Assembly: GCF_964188315.1 (NCBI RefSeq)
Contig: NC_135661.1
Span: 57,226,001 to 57,290,000, forward strand
Reading direction: 5' to 3'
Length of the DNA stretch: 64,000 nt
From: Podarcis muralis
Lineage: Eukaryota
In this document: positions 46,597-60,282 of the stretch, in pieces
How the letters are laid out: each line of letters begins with the position of its first letter
How positions within the stretch are numbered: the first letter of the stretch is position 1
The notes under the pieces: generated by a model
Seen by the model: only the letters and a program-made list of their open reading frames with translations
Databases searched by the model: none
What the model was told of the DNA's origin: nothing
Made by a program: the position numbers and the translations under genes

Positions 46597-49500
46597 ATGG
46601 GGGAAAACAGTCCTGAGAATGTCATCTATTACAAAGTGGAGGAAGATGACTTGGCCCAGGATGATAAACTGTTGTGGTTTGTGGACAAGAATGGCCTTGT
46701 CCCATCCTCATCCAGGACAGTGTATGACAGAACAACAGTCCTCATTGAACAAGACCGAGGGCCATTGGAGGACGAGGAGGATGAAGGGCAGTGTGGGGAT
46801 CACTTGCCTTTTCTACCTGATGGTCACGAGGACAGATTTCCTTTGATAGCTGACCATGAAGGAATGTCCCAGGGTTATGTCCAGCACATTATTTCTCCGG
46901 ATCAGATTCATCTGACGATCAATCCTGGCTCAACTCCTATGCCACGAAACATTGAAGGAGCCACCCTTACTTTGCAGTCAGAGTGCCCTGAGACGAAACT
47001 GAAAGAAGTAAGTAGCAAACTCAAATCTAATCCTGCTCCTCTATTGGGAGGCCTGTCATATGACTGTATGAAAGCCTGTTTTGCTTTTTGTGTTGCATTT
47101 AAAACGGGGTCAGTTTTGGAAACGTCATCCGAAAACGCCCGAGAAAACAAATTGCCTGATTCTGTAGTGTTTGGCCTTTTCCCATATTTGTGTCACAGAG
47201 GCCATGCCTAAGCTGATCCTGCTCTTCAAGTCAGGTTTATATAATACAAAAATGCACTGTTACACTTCCAAGTATCTTTAGGGAAAGGGTGAGCAGAGCT
47301 TCTCAGATTTTGGGGGTGAGAGAGAGCAGTGTTTCCCGTTTATAGCAGGCATATAGACTTGCCTGCTTTCCATACTAAGCAGTGCATGGTTGAAGGGAAG
47401 CTTTTGCTACTTTTTCATGCTATACACCCTGCCTTGGGAGTTTTCACAATAGTAGAACATTATCTCTAGGGCTGTGTGTGCCATGTGTGATTTTTTAAAT
47501 AAAAGTTTCTGCACTGGGATAGAAAAACAAAAAATCTATGACCAATATACATTATTCAGGTTTGCGCTGAATGCCACATCCTGTAATAATGTATAGTCAA
47601 CACTGTGCATAGGTGAGACAGAACAGACAATAACAGAGAGAAGCTCCGAACTGTCTGAGTTTTGATTTATGGATTAGCAGGATGGTGTATGCTTTAGAGA
47701 AGCAGCTAAGAGATACTTCTTGACTTAAATCTTGGAATGACTCAGAAAATAATGAAGAGGGCCTTTAGTTTTTGGAGTGCTGATAATGAACAAAATTCCT
47801 CAAGCTTTATTTTTTATGAATTAATCTATCTTGAATTTAAGGATGTTTTATTTTTATTTGTTCAATTTATAAACAAGCAGGCACATACATTGAAACTGGC
47901 TTAAGATTTAAAAAACAGAAAAATCCTATTTTTAAAAGGCAAGATTTAAACATTACACCCACTCAAGGCCACAGATAATTAAGAGCCAAAGTCCTAGCGA
48001 AAAACAATTGTTTTGCCTGACATTTAAATCAGTTATCATACATCCAGTTAAGGGAACCACCCATTAATGGTGCGTCAGTCTTATCTGAATTGTGCTTCGG
48101 TTTATTGGCTCTCATCAAGACCATTACCAAGGCAAGACATTGGTTCAGCACATCCACTGCCGTACCCACAAATGTAAAGGAGAAGTAGAACTTCTCTTAT
48201 AAGGAAGCAGATTGAAACTTTGCACAAACAGAATCCTGAGAAAATGGGTTTAGAAGATTTTTTCTGGCCCTTTGAAATCGTAGGTTGCAGTTTTAAGTCT
48301 GCAGATCTTAAAGCTGCTCTTTTGGTTTCAATATGACGGCCACAGTGTGGTTTGATGACTTCAGCCATATATAAGCCCAGTACTTCTGCAGATTTAGAGA
48401 AGGGCAGAAAGTTCTTTTGATATACCTTTTGCCTTTTCAAAAAAAATTAGGAATATTGAGACTGACTTAACTTTAGGTATAATAGAATAACTATCTCTTT
48501 CTCCTGCTCTTATGGAGGACAAAATCCACCAGGAGCTTCTAGTCTATTGCCTTATGTACAAATGATAATTGAAAGCAGCTGCTTGGGAAATGATATTGGA
48601 AGAATACATATTTGTGTATGTCTGAGAATTACAGAAGGGGGCAGCATTTAATAACCTATCCTGAAGGAAAACTACTGTTCACATTTGATTATGACAGGGC
48701 CTTCTCCATGCTGGTGGACTCCCAACTCTCATGTCACCCCTGGCCATTGAGCAGGCTGGCTGCTGGAAATTAGAGTCCAGCACACAGGTGTTCCCCACCC
48801 ACCCCGGTGTGAATAATACTTTGTTTAGTTGTAAATTAACGTAACTTAGAAGTCACTGTTTGGGAAATATATGAATTAGTATCAATGGGAAACTTGATTT
48901 GATGCATATGCCCCTTTGTCAGAGTCCCATTGGCACATTCTGTTGCCAACCTGATCTGACCTGCACATGGAGAACAAGCGCACCCTGTGCCAAAGGGAGC
49001 TTCCTTTGAAAGTTGTGCTGCTGACTGCTTTGGGAACCTGGCCAGAACCACAAAGTCTGGTCATCAACCCCACAGCTGGCAATGGGAGTACAGGAGCAGC
49101 ACATGGCAACCTTGGCAAAAAACTAAGTTAAGCCACTGAAATTAATAATGTTGCATCAGTTGCCAAAAAAGGTCTCTGACCCTTCAGGTATCCAGAAAGA
49201 TTACATTCTGCGGTTGTGCCTGTTTGTAAGTGGCACCAAACTGGGCAAAGTCTGAAGAGCTGAATAAAATATCTGAGCCTCAAGCACTCCAGGGTCCATT
49301 GAGAAAGGGACAACAGTGGCGGCAGCAGGGTCTTTTCTCCTTGGAAACTGCACAGTCCACAAGGGAGTGATAGCAGCTCAACCAGAAGGAGTAGCAGCAA
49401 CATCTGTGAAGAGGGAGTTGGGGAGTGCTTTGCAGGGAATTGGGGGATGCACTTCTCTGCCTTAGGCCTCTCAAAGCTAGGAAGGAAACTCTAGTCTCTC

Positions 49501-52500
49501 TTCTAATGATTTTAACCGCCTGCAACCATTTCAGGAGTCTTTTTTAGGTTCCAAAATTTTGCATGTGCAAACCCACAGGCTACATAATCCCTTATGTTCA
49601 TTTGTTTTCTTCTTATAACTAGCTTTCCTTTTCTTTCTTATTTTTGATACATTTTGCATGCTTTCTTTTTTTACCTGTAGAGGGAACATCTTTAAAACCT
49701 TCCCCTACCTACAGGGTCTTTTTTTTGCAGCCAGTATTCATGATGGGCCTTTGGCCTGATCTAGCAGAGCTGTTTTTATGGCAACTCTTGAAGTTAACAG
49801 TGGAACCCTCTATGATTCTTTGATCAAGAATGGAGACTTAAAGTACATCATGTTTCTGGCAGGTGAAGCGTTACCAGTGCACATTTGAGGGCTGCCCTCG
49901 GACCTACAGCACCGCAGGTAACCTGCGCACCCACCAGAAGACACACCGCGGGGAGTATACTTTTGTGTGCAACCAAGAGGGGTGTGGAAAGGCCTTCCTA
50001 ACATCCTATAGTCTCAAAATCCATGTTCGAGTCCACACCAAGGAGAAACCTTTTGAGTGTGATGTCCAGGGTTGTGAAAAAGCCTTCAATACACTGTACA
50101 GGTAAGAGCAGGAGCATTTCCTCCTCTGTCTCTCAAGACAGTGCCTTATTATACACACACAAATGAAATGTCAAAGATGTAACCACAATGTTAAGCCCAA
50201 GGGCAACTAAGTTGTGGCTCTCCCAATGTTGTTGGACCTCCAACTCCAAGTAAACTCCAGCATGGCCAAAGTTCAGAGATGATGAGAGTTGTAGCCTAGC
50301 AACATCCAGAGAGGGACCTACAGGTTAGCCACCCATGCATTAAGTGAAACATCTTTCCTGGGGGGAAAACTATTTTCCTTGCAGAAATCTCTCTCTCACA
50401 CACACACCAGTTCTTGTTAGCTCCTCCGAAGTTTATTTCTCAAAGTCTAGTTTCCAATTGAGAGGCTGCTGTTCTAAGCTGCCTGCAAGGGTTTTGGAGA
50501 GGAGCCTACTTGACTGCTAGGAAGGTGCTTGGACTACTGCAATGCACTCTATGTGGGGCTACCTTTGAAGGTGACCTGGAAACTGCAATTAATCCAGAAT
50601 GTGGCAGCTAGACTGGTGACTGGGAGTGGCCGCCAGGACCACATAACACCGGTCCTGAGAGATCTGCATTGGCTCCCAGTACGTTTCCGAGCACAATTCT
50701 GGTGCTGACCTTTAAAGTCCTAAATGGCCTTGGTCCTGTATACTTGAAGGAGCGTCTCCACCCCCATCGTTCAGCCTGGACACTGAGATCCAGCGTCGAG
50801 GGCCTTCTGGCGGTTCCCTCATTGCGAGAAGTGAGGTTACAGGGAACCAGTCAGAGGGCCTTCTCGGTCATGGCACCCGCCCTGTGGAACGCCCTCCCAT
50901 CAGATGTCAAGGAAATAAGCAGCTATCCTGTTTTTAAGAGACATCTGAAGGCAGCCCTGTTTAGGGGAGTTTTTAATATTTAATGCTGTATAGTTTTTAA
51001 CACTCGATTGGGAGCCGCCCAGAGTGGCTGGGGAAACAGGAAGTGGACTGTGGTAATGGAGCCCACTTCTTTCCTTCTTGTAGGTTAAAAGCCCATCAGA
51101 GGCTTCACACGGGAAAAACATTTAACTGTGAATCAGAGGGTTGCAGCAAGTACTTCACCACACTCAGTGACCTGCGGAAACACATTCGGACCCACACCGG
51201 AGAGAAGCCATTCAGGTGAGCCACCTGGCTGCAGGCCCTGGTGAATCCTGGGTCCTTTGTCAAGCCTTCTGCTGTAGAGCAGGCCTGGTTTCTCCTACCT
51301 TCCTGTCTGGCCCTACATGGGGGTTTTGGACTCTTACTCTTGAGCCACATGGCTTTTGACTCCTGCCTGCCCTACAAAGTGTTGGTCTTGAGGCTTTCTC
51401 ACCCTGAATCCACCTCTAGTGAATGTCCTGTGTGGCTGGCAGGACCCATATAGACTTTCAAATACATCATCGCCCACCCAGTATTTTTTATTTTGCCCTG
51501 TGGTTGTAGTCCACATGTGGGGAACTGGTGGCCCTCTAGATGTTGTTGGATTCCCACTTCCACCAGCCCCAGCTTGTGTGGCCAAGTGTCAGGTGAGGAG
51601 AGTTGTAATGTAGCAACACCTGGGGGTCCCCACCACTTTGCTGCTTAGGAGGGAGAATTTCAGCAGCAGTCCTAGTACTGCAGTGGTGGGAGAAGTCGCC
51701 GGTACAGGGTTTTCTCTCATTGCAGGTCCTTAAAGGCCCAGGAGCCCTGTCCCATGCTGATGGTGCCCTGGTCAACCACTGAGCTCCATCTCAGTGGGAT
51801 TGTGAGACTGCATGGGTGGATGTTCTGCTTGCTCTCTTTAAGTCTTCCCTAAGTTATAATACCATGTTCAAGAACAGGGATTCCATTCTGAAGAACTTTC
51901 CACTACCCTGTGTGCAGATTAATGCATGGCCTGAGGCTGCTGGGAAGCAAGAGGTGTGATTGGAACTGGTTTCTGCATGAAGCTCCTTGCTGATTTTTCC
52001 ATCCCTCTCCTGTAGATGTGATCATGATGGCTGTGGAAAAGCCTTTGCTGCAAGCCACCACCTGAAGACGCATGTCAGGACCCACACTGGTAAGGCTGGG
52101 TCTATTGAATCTCTTTCCTGCTTCCTTAATGCTAAGCAGCCTAGATGTGGCCTCATGGAGAAGATGGCGCAGCTTGCCTGATAAGTCTGAGTGGTTAGAT
52201 GATGCTGACTCAAAATAAAAGGCCAGTTAAAAGTTTTATAAATTCCACCTTGCTGAAAGCAGCCCAGGATATCTTGGGAAGGAGAAGGGAGCACTTTATG
52301 AGGTGACAGTCAGGCCACATTATTTTGTGTTGAAGCCTGCTACATCAGGATCTTGTACAATGGGGTCCTGGGCACCCCCTATCCCTTACACACACTGAGC
52401 ATGGGAGTGTGATTTAGTTTCTGGCTCAGTATTAGAGATCCTGGAGCTGCTGAGCAACAAGGAACCCAGAGGGTGTTGGATGTGTACAAATCCATAGATT

Positions 52501-55500
52501 TTTGCCATTGTAGGTGAAAGACCTTTCTTCTGTCCCAGTGATGGCTGCGAGAAGACTTTCAGCACACAATATAGCCTCAAGAGTCACATGAAGGGACACG
52601 AGAAGGGGCCCTCCTATGCTATGCTGTCCAACAACAGCATCTCTGAGGTGGGTGCCTTTTTCTCAGAGAAAATGTCGTTATTGGTGCACTAGATAGCATG
52701 GTGTGCCTTGGTGAGTGCCTGTCAGTATCCAGAACTCTTGTGGGAATCCAGCTCCTTTGGGACCTTTGCGGGTGAAATTACAGATTGTGGCATGCAGAAA
52801 GGTAATCTGCTTTTTCACACAGTGCATTGTGCTGTGGAACACTCTGCCACTGAAAGAGATTGATGGCTTGATATGAGCAACACTGTCCGTATCTGTAAAA
52901 TATGTTTTTATGCTAATGCTATAATCGTAATGCTGGTGTTCTTGTTCTTATGGAAGGCTAAAGATGAGCCTAGTTAGACGTGTAACGGATTTCAGGAATG
53001 CTGATTTATTAGGTTCAGAGAAATGCTAGATAGGGAAACTGAATATAAATGCAGACTAGAGAAACTGATGGGGGAAAGTAGCCCAAGAAGGGTTAGAATT
53101 CCTGAAAAAGGAGCGGAACCACAAAAAATCCCAGTGAGACAGAGAAATGGGAAACCTCTAAGAAAATGAATGCATCTGCACAACAATCTTTGTAAGGAGT
53201 TCAAAAAAAATATGAAAAGGCATGTCTAAGAAATCGGAGGGGCAGGTCATCAAAGATGGGCACAGATAAGTAGCTCAGACTTGTAGGGACAGTGTCAGGA
53301 AAGCCCCTGTCTGTGATCCCAGAGAGTCACTGTTAGCCACATAGACAGTGCTGAACTATTGATCAAGGCCTGGCTCAGTACAAGGCAGTTTCCTCTTTTC
53401 TTGTGTCATCCCAACAGCCATAGTGAGGGCCTTTGTGAATCCTTGGAGATAAATGGCATTTGTTGTAGTTTCCTTCTGCTACCAGCTGCCTTTCTCAGTT
53501 AGTGATCTGTGACATTTCACATAAAATTTTTAAAGAAAGAGATAGAAAATGTATTTGGGTCTAAGTCTCTGATCACCCTCACTGTTGATAAGTCAAGGAC
53601 TGGTGCTCTTGAAGAGACTGGCATTGTTGGGCTAACCAAGCTCATAGTTGCAACTGCTGCATTGCTTAATGTAGGCTTCCTCTCCACCTCTGCAGGATAC
53701 AAACCACTCACTCTGTCTCAGTGACTTGAGCCTCATGTCCACAGATTCAGAACTGCGGGATAATTCAAATCCAGTAAGTATCTCTTCTGACAGCACAGTG
53801 GACAATGTGGGTCATAGAAGCAGCCTTCTGCTATTTTTTAAAGAGCTCACCTTCCGCCATTCCCGTGGTGGACTTCTGTGGTGTGGCTGGAAGCAAGCAG
53901 GCTTCTTGTATCTCCCTGAGCCAGGTGCTTCAGGGATGTCTGTTCTGAGCAATGCAGCCTGAGTGTATTGGTGGCCTCGCCACCAGGCTCAACCACAGAC
54001 CAGCTGTCTTTGCATGCCTCACTGCTCCCTCCTTTCCCCAGATGCATGGACAAGACCTGAGTACAATCTCACCAGCAAGCATTTTTGAGTCCATGTTCCA
54101 GAGTCCGGAGCCTCCTGTAAATCAGGAAGAAGCTCAGCACACAGGTACAAGTCTGCATCTTCTCTTTCATTTGCTCCATAGATCGTTATTAATCTTAGAC
54201 AGCACAGAGAACTTAGTGAACTGCCCCAAAAGCTTAACAAGTGGAGGCCTTGATAGGCTTTTGGTGTCAGGTGTGCAGGGGTGTATGGTTGGTGGGAATT
54301 ATACGTGCTGCATCATACTATAATTCCTAATAAAGAAAAACACTCTCTAGTAGCCCTGGGTGGGAGAAGAAAGGCCCAAAGAGAATTAGCCTGTTTGAGG
54401 AAGCCTGAGATGGACTGCATTGAATAAAAATGCTGTGACAATATAACGTTTGCTGTCTGTGGCTTCCACGAGTCTCACCAGAGCTCAGACAGCAAGAGCA
54501 GTGTATGGCCAGTGGGGCCTCCCTTTTGCAAATGCCATGGGCCTTCTTGATATAAAAGCTGGTGCTCTTTCTGCTTGGGCTACCATCCAGACGTGTCCTG
54601 GCCACAGCTGGGATCCTGCATGAAGTGCTTTTTAGGATCCTACTAGAGTTTTCTCACCATATGCTTCTCTTTTGGCAGACGCCTTGGTTAAAGATTTTGG
54701 TGGTGATGCAGACCCAGCCCCTGCTGCCCAGCCACCCCTCGGAGAAGCTGCTCCTTTGTCTCTGCCACTTGTTCTTCAGCTTGGCATCTCTGAGCCTTCT
54801 CCCCCAGCACCGCTTCCTGCCTCCACTGGCACTCAGCAAGCAGCCTACGGAACCCCTGCCGCTATCCTCCAGTCTCCAGAAGTGCCTGCTCCTAATAGCA
54901 CACTCTTTGCACCCAACCCCCAGGACTTCCTACAGCACATTCAGGCATCTCCGCAGCCTGTTGGGAATCCCCCTGTCCCAGCAGCAGCACCGAGTGTTGC
55001 TGAGGTCCTCCCCAGTGGGGTTCAGACTGTGCCTGTTGGAGGGAACTCTGTGCTGGCTGGCAGCCCAACCATCACCATCACCCCATCACAAAGTGCAGCC
55101 ATTCTGCAGTCCAGCATTGTCATGGGAGAGCAAAACCTCCAGTGGATTTTGAATGGTGCCAGCAGGACCTCCCAGAACCAAGAACAAATGGTGAGTGACC
55201 TGAATCCCATGCTCCAGCCCAGAATGTGTTATGAAGAGGGATTGAGGGCTCCAGCAGGTGGGGTAGAGCTGGCACTGCCCTGTTTCCAGAGTGGGCTGGG
55301 GTACTAATATACTGTTTGGTGATTTCTGGACTTGGCCCTTGCATTCAAAAGTCTTTTTTCTTTCCTTATGCCAAAGCCACAGGCTCCAGTGCTGGAGAAG
55401 GTCTTCTTTACCACTGCCCTTCCTGTTGCTGGTAATGCAGGTAAGTGACACATCCAGGGATCACAGTCTTCCCTTTCATCACTGACACTCACAAGGGCAG

Positions 55501-57193
55501 ATGCTGAATGGGCTGGAGCTTGCGTCATGTCAGGCAGGCAAGGAGGACCCACCTGGGAGGGGACCGTTGAGGAACTTGCCATCAGCTTTCTTCTTTGGGG
55601 TGTATTATCACTCAGCGAGGGATAAATCCTCCCCCCAGGGCATCTGCTTCCCTCCGCTTCTCTCAGTGAATGAAATCAAGGGAAATCCATCACCTTCCCA
55701 TGTACTTGACTTGTGTGTGTTCCTCTCTCATATTATTTCAAATTTATTTATTCTTCGTGAATAAATTGTATAAATTCCAAAGGGAGCCCAGCCCAGCTCA
55801 CAAGAATAAAATGACATGAAAACATTGTTAGCATTGTTAAAATATTACAGAAAGCAAATAAAACCAGCCATGTACAAGCTTTATAAAACTATTGGCCAAA
55901 TGCCTGGATAAATAAAATAATTATGTTTCCTGAATGCAAGTAAAGGGGGGGGGGGCTTCCTGATTTCCCTTGGGAGGGAGTTCCATAGCTGCGGAGGTGC
56001 CACCAAAAATTCCCTGTGTCTCAGGTGCCTGTCCTTTGCACTGCTACTCCTAGTGAGGGGCCTCTTTCCCCAGATCACTGGATGGCACTGGTGAGGGCAC
56101 TCTTAAAGTTACTTGGTTCTATATATTCATATAGAACCTAGTGGGCCTAGTGGCTCATGCAGTAGCCTGAGGAGTGAGATGATACAATCTCTTGCCATAC
56201 TGTACAATAGCTAGGTGGCACAGCAGTCAGTCAACCTGGAAGAAAAATTGTGAGAGCACCTTTTAGCTATGAGTGACTGGGCCATGTGAACTTTAACCCC
56301 AGGTTATGGACTAACAGTTGAGCCAGAGAGAATGATTCATTCCTCTCTGAGCAGAAAATGGTTACTGGGTGACACAACCCTGCAGCCAGGTTGGCTGCTA
56401 GAGAGTCTGTGTCACCCTGTTTGGTTTCTGATTCCTCCAGTTTTGTTCCATCACCCGAGCTACTTCCTGTTGCCTCAGCCTCGGGCCAGCAGCACCCAAG
56501 CTTTGCACCTGGTGTCAGGCATGCAAAGGGAGAGAGGGAATGTGGGGGAATCATGTCATGTGAGAACAGGCTGGCAGCAGTGGTGGGTGGCAAAACGTGC
56601 ATTTCTTCCCGTTAGCATTTCTGTTGGGAAGCCCTGAGAGGTACAGATGGACAGGCACTGGGGAGTGCTCGTGGCTCTGAACTGACTGTTGTTTGTCCCC
56701 AGGGAGCTCTGTGCAGCAGATTGGCCTGAGTGTGCCCGTGATCATCATCAAGCAGGAGGAAGCCTGTCAGTGCCAGTGTGCCTGCCGGGACTCAGCCAAG
56801 GACAAAGCCAGCAGCAGGAAGCAGAACTGCTCCTCACAGGGCTCCAAAGCATCAGGGGAGCCTCCTGCGGCAGCACCAGCGCCTCCGCCTCAACCCTTTC
56901 CCATCAACTTGGCTGCCAGCACCTCCTCTGCTGCTGCTGCTGGTGCTGCTGTTGGTGCCGCCACCACCCTCTCTTCCACGTTGCCTCCTTGCGAGCAAAG
57001 CACTCTGGCAGGGAACCCCTCAGACTCACAGAACCACTCCCTAAGTGCCATGGATGTCTCAGACTTCCTCTCTCTCCAGAGCCCCGAGGCTTCCGCCTCT
57101 GCCTCCTCCCCACTGATTCCAATTGAAGCCCTGCTACAAGGGGAGGAGGAGCTTGCCCTGGGCGGAGGCCGTGGTGGCAGCTTCCTCAAGTGA
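46597..57193 (+). CDS. MTF1: Metal regulatory transcription factor 1 (six C2H2 zinc fingers, CQCQCAC cluster)
   Basis: Exons 46597-47007, 49863-50101, 51084-51215, 52016-52089, 52514-52647, 53696-53773, 54042-54144, 54679-55190, 55377-55440 and 56703-57193. Motifs [70 protein letters not shown] and [13 protein letters not shown]. Confidence 0.97.
50520..51040 (+). mobile_element. L2-clade LINE 3' fragment, relatively young
   Basis: Codes [13 protein letters not shown]...[14 protein letters not shown]...[13 protein letters not shown]...[16 protein letters not shown]...[10 protein letters not shown]. Confidence 0.85.
55770..56100 (-). mobile_element. Degenerate L2-clade 3' fragment (minus strand)
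   Basis: Minus ORF reads [19 protein letters not shown]...LAFRKH. Confidence 0.6.
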
Positions 57194-60100
57194 AAAGGCG
57201 AAGGCGGCCCTGTCTCTTTATTACGTTGGCTTGTTGTGACATGAACCCAAGCCTCAGAGTCATTCTGAGCGAGTTTTGAGGGCCGGCTGCTCTCTGGTTG
57301 CACCTTGCCGGGGGCACGGGAGGTTCTTGTTACAGCTCCTTGGGGGTGCCTTTACTACTATGTGTGCACTATTATGGGGGAGGGGGAGAGAGAAGAAATG
57401 TTTGTTTCTGAAGGAGGGAAGAGCAAGACTGTGAGGCGATCTCTTGTTGTAGAGGCAGCTGCACTTTGGCAAAGTGGTGGATGGGGAGACTCAAGTGCTG
57501 AAATGCAGGCCAGGCACATCATCATCATCTTCATCATCTCTCCAGAGTTTGCACATGTAACTCAGTCGGCTTGCTCCAGAGTAGGGGCCCTATGGTTTCC
57601 ACATCTTTTGACAGATTACCTGCTTGGAAGGGCAAGTGCTGCTGCCTCTTTCCAGGTGGGGGTTTGCACAAGTTCAGGGGCTGAGAGGATTTGCACTGAT
57701 GCAGCTTGATCAGAAACAGTCACCCAGCACAGCAGCTTCTGGGGCTGAAAACGCCCCTGTTGAAGCTTGTCAGGCCTTTGCAAAGGTGGATTGGCAGAGG
57801 TGCCTGTAGAAGACTCAGCTAGTGAGGAGGGGCTGCTTCTGCCACTTAGGACCCACCCAGCTAGTTCTGGCAAAGCCCATTCCCTGAATGTCTCATGGCT
57901 GCGTCATGTCATGAAAGTGCTGGTGCTAAGCTGGCCAGTCCTCCCAACCCTCCAGTCCCCCCCCCCCCCCAGGTTTCCTCTTCTCTGTTCAGCCTTCCCA
58001 GTCCCGCCCTCAGCCTGTGCATTGGAAGGGGCATCCTTTCTTCTAACTTACTCAGGGTAAAATCCTAACACGGACTGCCCCTCCCTCTCCAAAAGCCTCT
58101 AAGGTTTCAATGTCGCCTCGGAAATGTTTTATTTATATGACATTGTTACTTTTAAAAAATAGATGCCATTCATAGTGTTCTTCTGTTTGGTAGCCAGCCT
58201 CCTTGTGTTCTAAGGGAGACTTCATTCATCATGTAGGCAGAATATTTGCCTGGCAGACAGCGGCTGTGGGGTGATGGCAGGCTGGACAGGAACACCAACA
58301 GGAGTTGCGGAGGAGAAGGGACTTGAGTGTGTGTTTGTCTAGCTTCAGTGACAAGCTACCTCTGCTAAAATCCCCTCTTCTCCACAACTGTTGAAAGTGT
58401 GTGAGCAGCCCACCTGGCCACCCAGTCTGAAGGGCAGGCTTAGGTGTGTTGATGGGTAGCAGAAGGATCATCTGCTCTCAAGCATCCCCTAGGCAGTAGC
58501 AGGGCAGAGACTGTCCTTGGGCTGGAGATCTTTTGGCTGCAACAGTTGGTTGGCCTGCTGCCTCTTGGCCATAGGGCATAGGCGATTGCTTGTCCTAGAA
58601 CTCCAGGTGTGGCAGGATTTGGTACTCTTTGCAGGGCTTCTCACTTTAGCAAACAGCTGGGGACTTGGGTGAGCAGAGCCTGGAGAGCTGCCTGTGACAG
58701 CAGCCTGTCCTGTCTTGCAGGCCGCTTTAGGCAAACTTTGTCTGGCACTGCTGCCCTGCTTGGGTGTCTCTGGGAGGGCTGCACACGGTGGTGGAGAACA
58801 GGACAGCCCTTGGTGTTCTGTTCCTTTATTTATTTATTATATTGTTGTTGTTGTCGTTGTTGTTAAATTGACCATACAGACTGGAGCCTTTTGAATCCCT
58901 CTCCTCCTCTTCCTGTGCTGATGAGGGTTGCAGAGCCCAAGGTACCCCATATTCAGGCGTGGGGAGGGTGCCAGGCTGGGCAGTCAAGAACTGGGCTTTG
59001 CACAGCTCAGCCCCTGGGCTGTTGACCGTCTGTGACTTCCAGGCCTGCAGGGAGGCTCAGGGTTGGGTGGCTTGGTCAGGCGAAGGAACCAGGGGGCAAC
59101 TGAGGACTTATTTCTGACCCCTATAAAGACCCTACTGGGGGTGGAGTCTGCTGCATTTGCTGGAAGCTGCTGCTGCTGCTGGAGTCTAGAGAAGGAAACA
59201 TTTTGCTGGGGCTCCTCCAATGACACTAACATGCTGGGCTCTAAAATGCACTTTAGTTCTCTTTAAACTGACTGCTGCAATTTTCTTTTGTAAATAACTT
59301 TTCACAAAGTTATTAGGGTTCTTTCCCTCCTTTACCCCCTCTGAGTAAAAGTTAAATGTGGTTACGCAAAAAGAGCACTTAACCTCTGTGCAATATGTGT
59401 AGCTAGGCGTGGCGTCCTCGTACGCTCTGTGTGTGCGTCCAATGCGTGTCCATGTGCGTGCATGTGAGATTAACAGAATTGGTGTGGGAACTGGCTAAGC
59501 TGTGTGCTCTGCCTTCTTCAGACTTATGCATGTTTTAAGCAAATGTCCAGTCTATGCAAAACTTCCACTAGGAGCCTGAACTGAATGGAATCAGGTTGGG
59601 TCACTCACTCATTCCGAGGTGACTTTGGTTACAGTTGGATACATTCATAGGGTCGCAGCTGCCATCCTTGTCTTCTGAATGCCCCAGAGAGGGAAGTGGA
59701 GGGCAGGGAGGCAGATGCAAGCCGTCCTTACATTGGCATGCAGCACCTTCTAGGGTGGATGTCACATTCCTGCCTTACTGCACTGCAAGGGTCTCTACTG
59801 CAAAACTGGAAAAACCCTTCATTTTCCCAAAAGGAGTAGTATTTTCCTCTGGCACCTTCTCCAAGCACATTGCTAGTGATTGATCTGTAGAAGTGAGCTA
59901 TTCAAAATGCTAAAGGTGCTAACGAGAGAACCTACTCTCGAGAAATAAGAGACACAGAAGGAGGCAGCTGCATTGCCTACTAGCTACCCTCTGCAAAACC
60001 ACAAAAGGAAAAGCTTATTCTTTTTAACATTACACACTCTGGATTTTTCTTTTTGTTTATCAGAGTATTATTTCTCCTTTATGTCTTTAGAAATTGTGTC

Positions 60101-60251
60101 TCCAGTTTTGGGTTTTTGTTGTTTAAATAAGCATCCCGTGTAGCTGGGTTGAGGGCTGACCTTTCAGCTTTTTCCATCTTACATTGTTTCATTTGGAGGT
60201 TTGGACTCTGGTTCTGCACTGAGAAATGCCAAGGAAACTGGATATTTATGT

Positions 60252-60282
<31 letters not shown>

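Noticed and set aside
46597-47211. 204-aa MTF1 ORF as a stand-alone protein
   Set aside because: It is read-through past the donor at 47007 into the intron.
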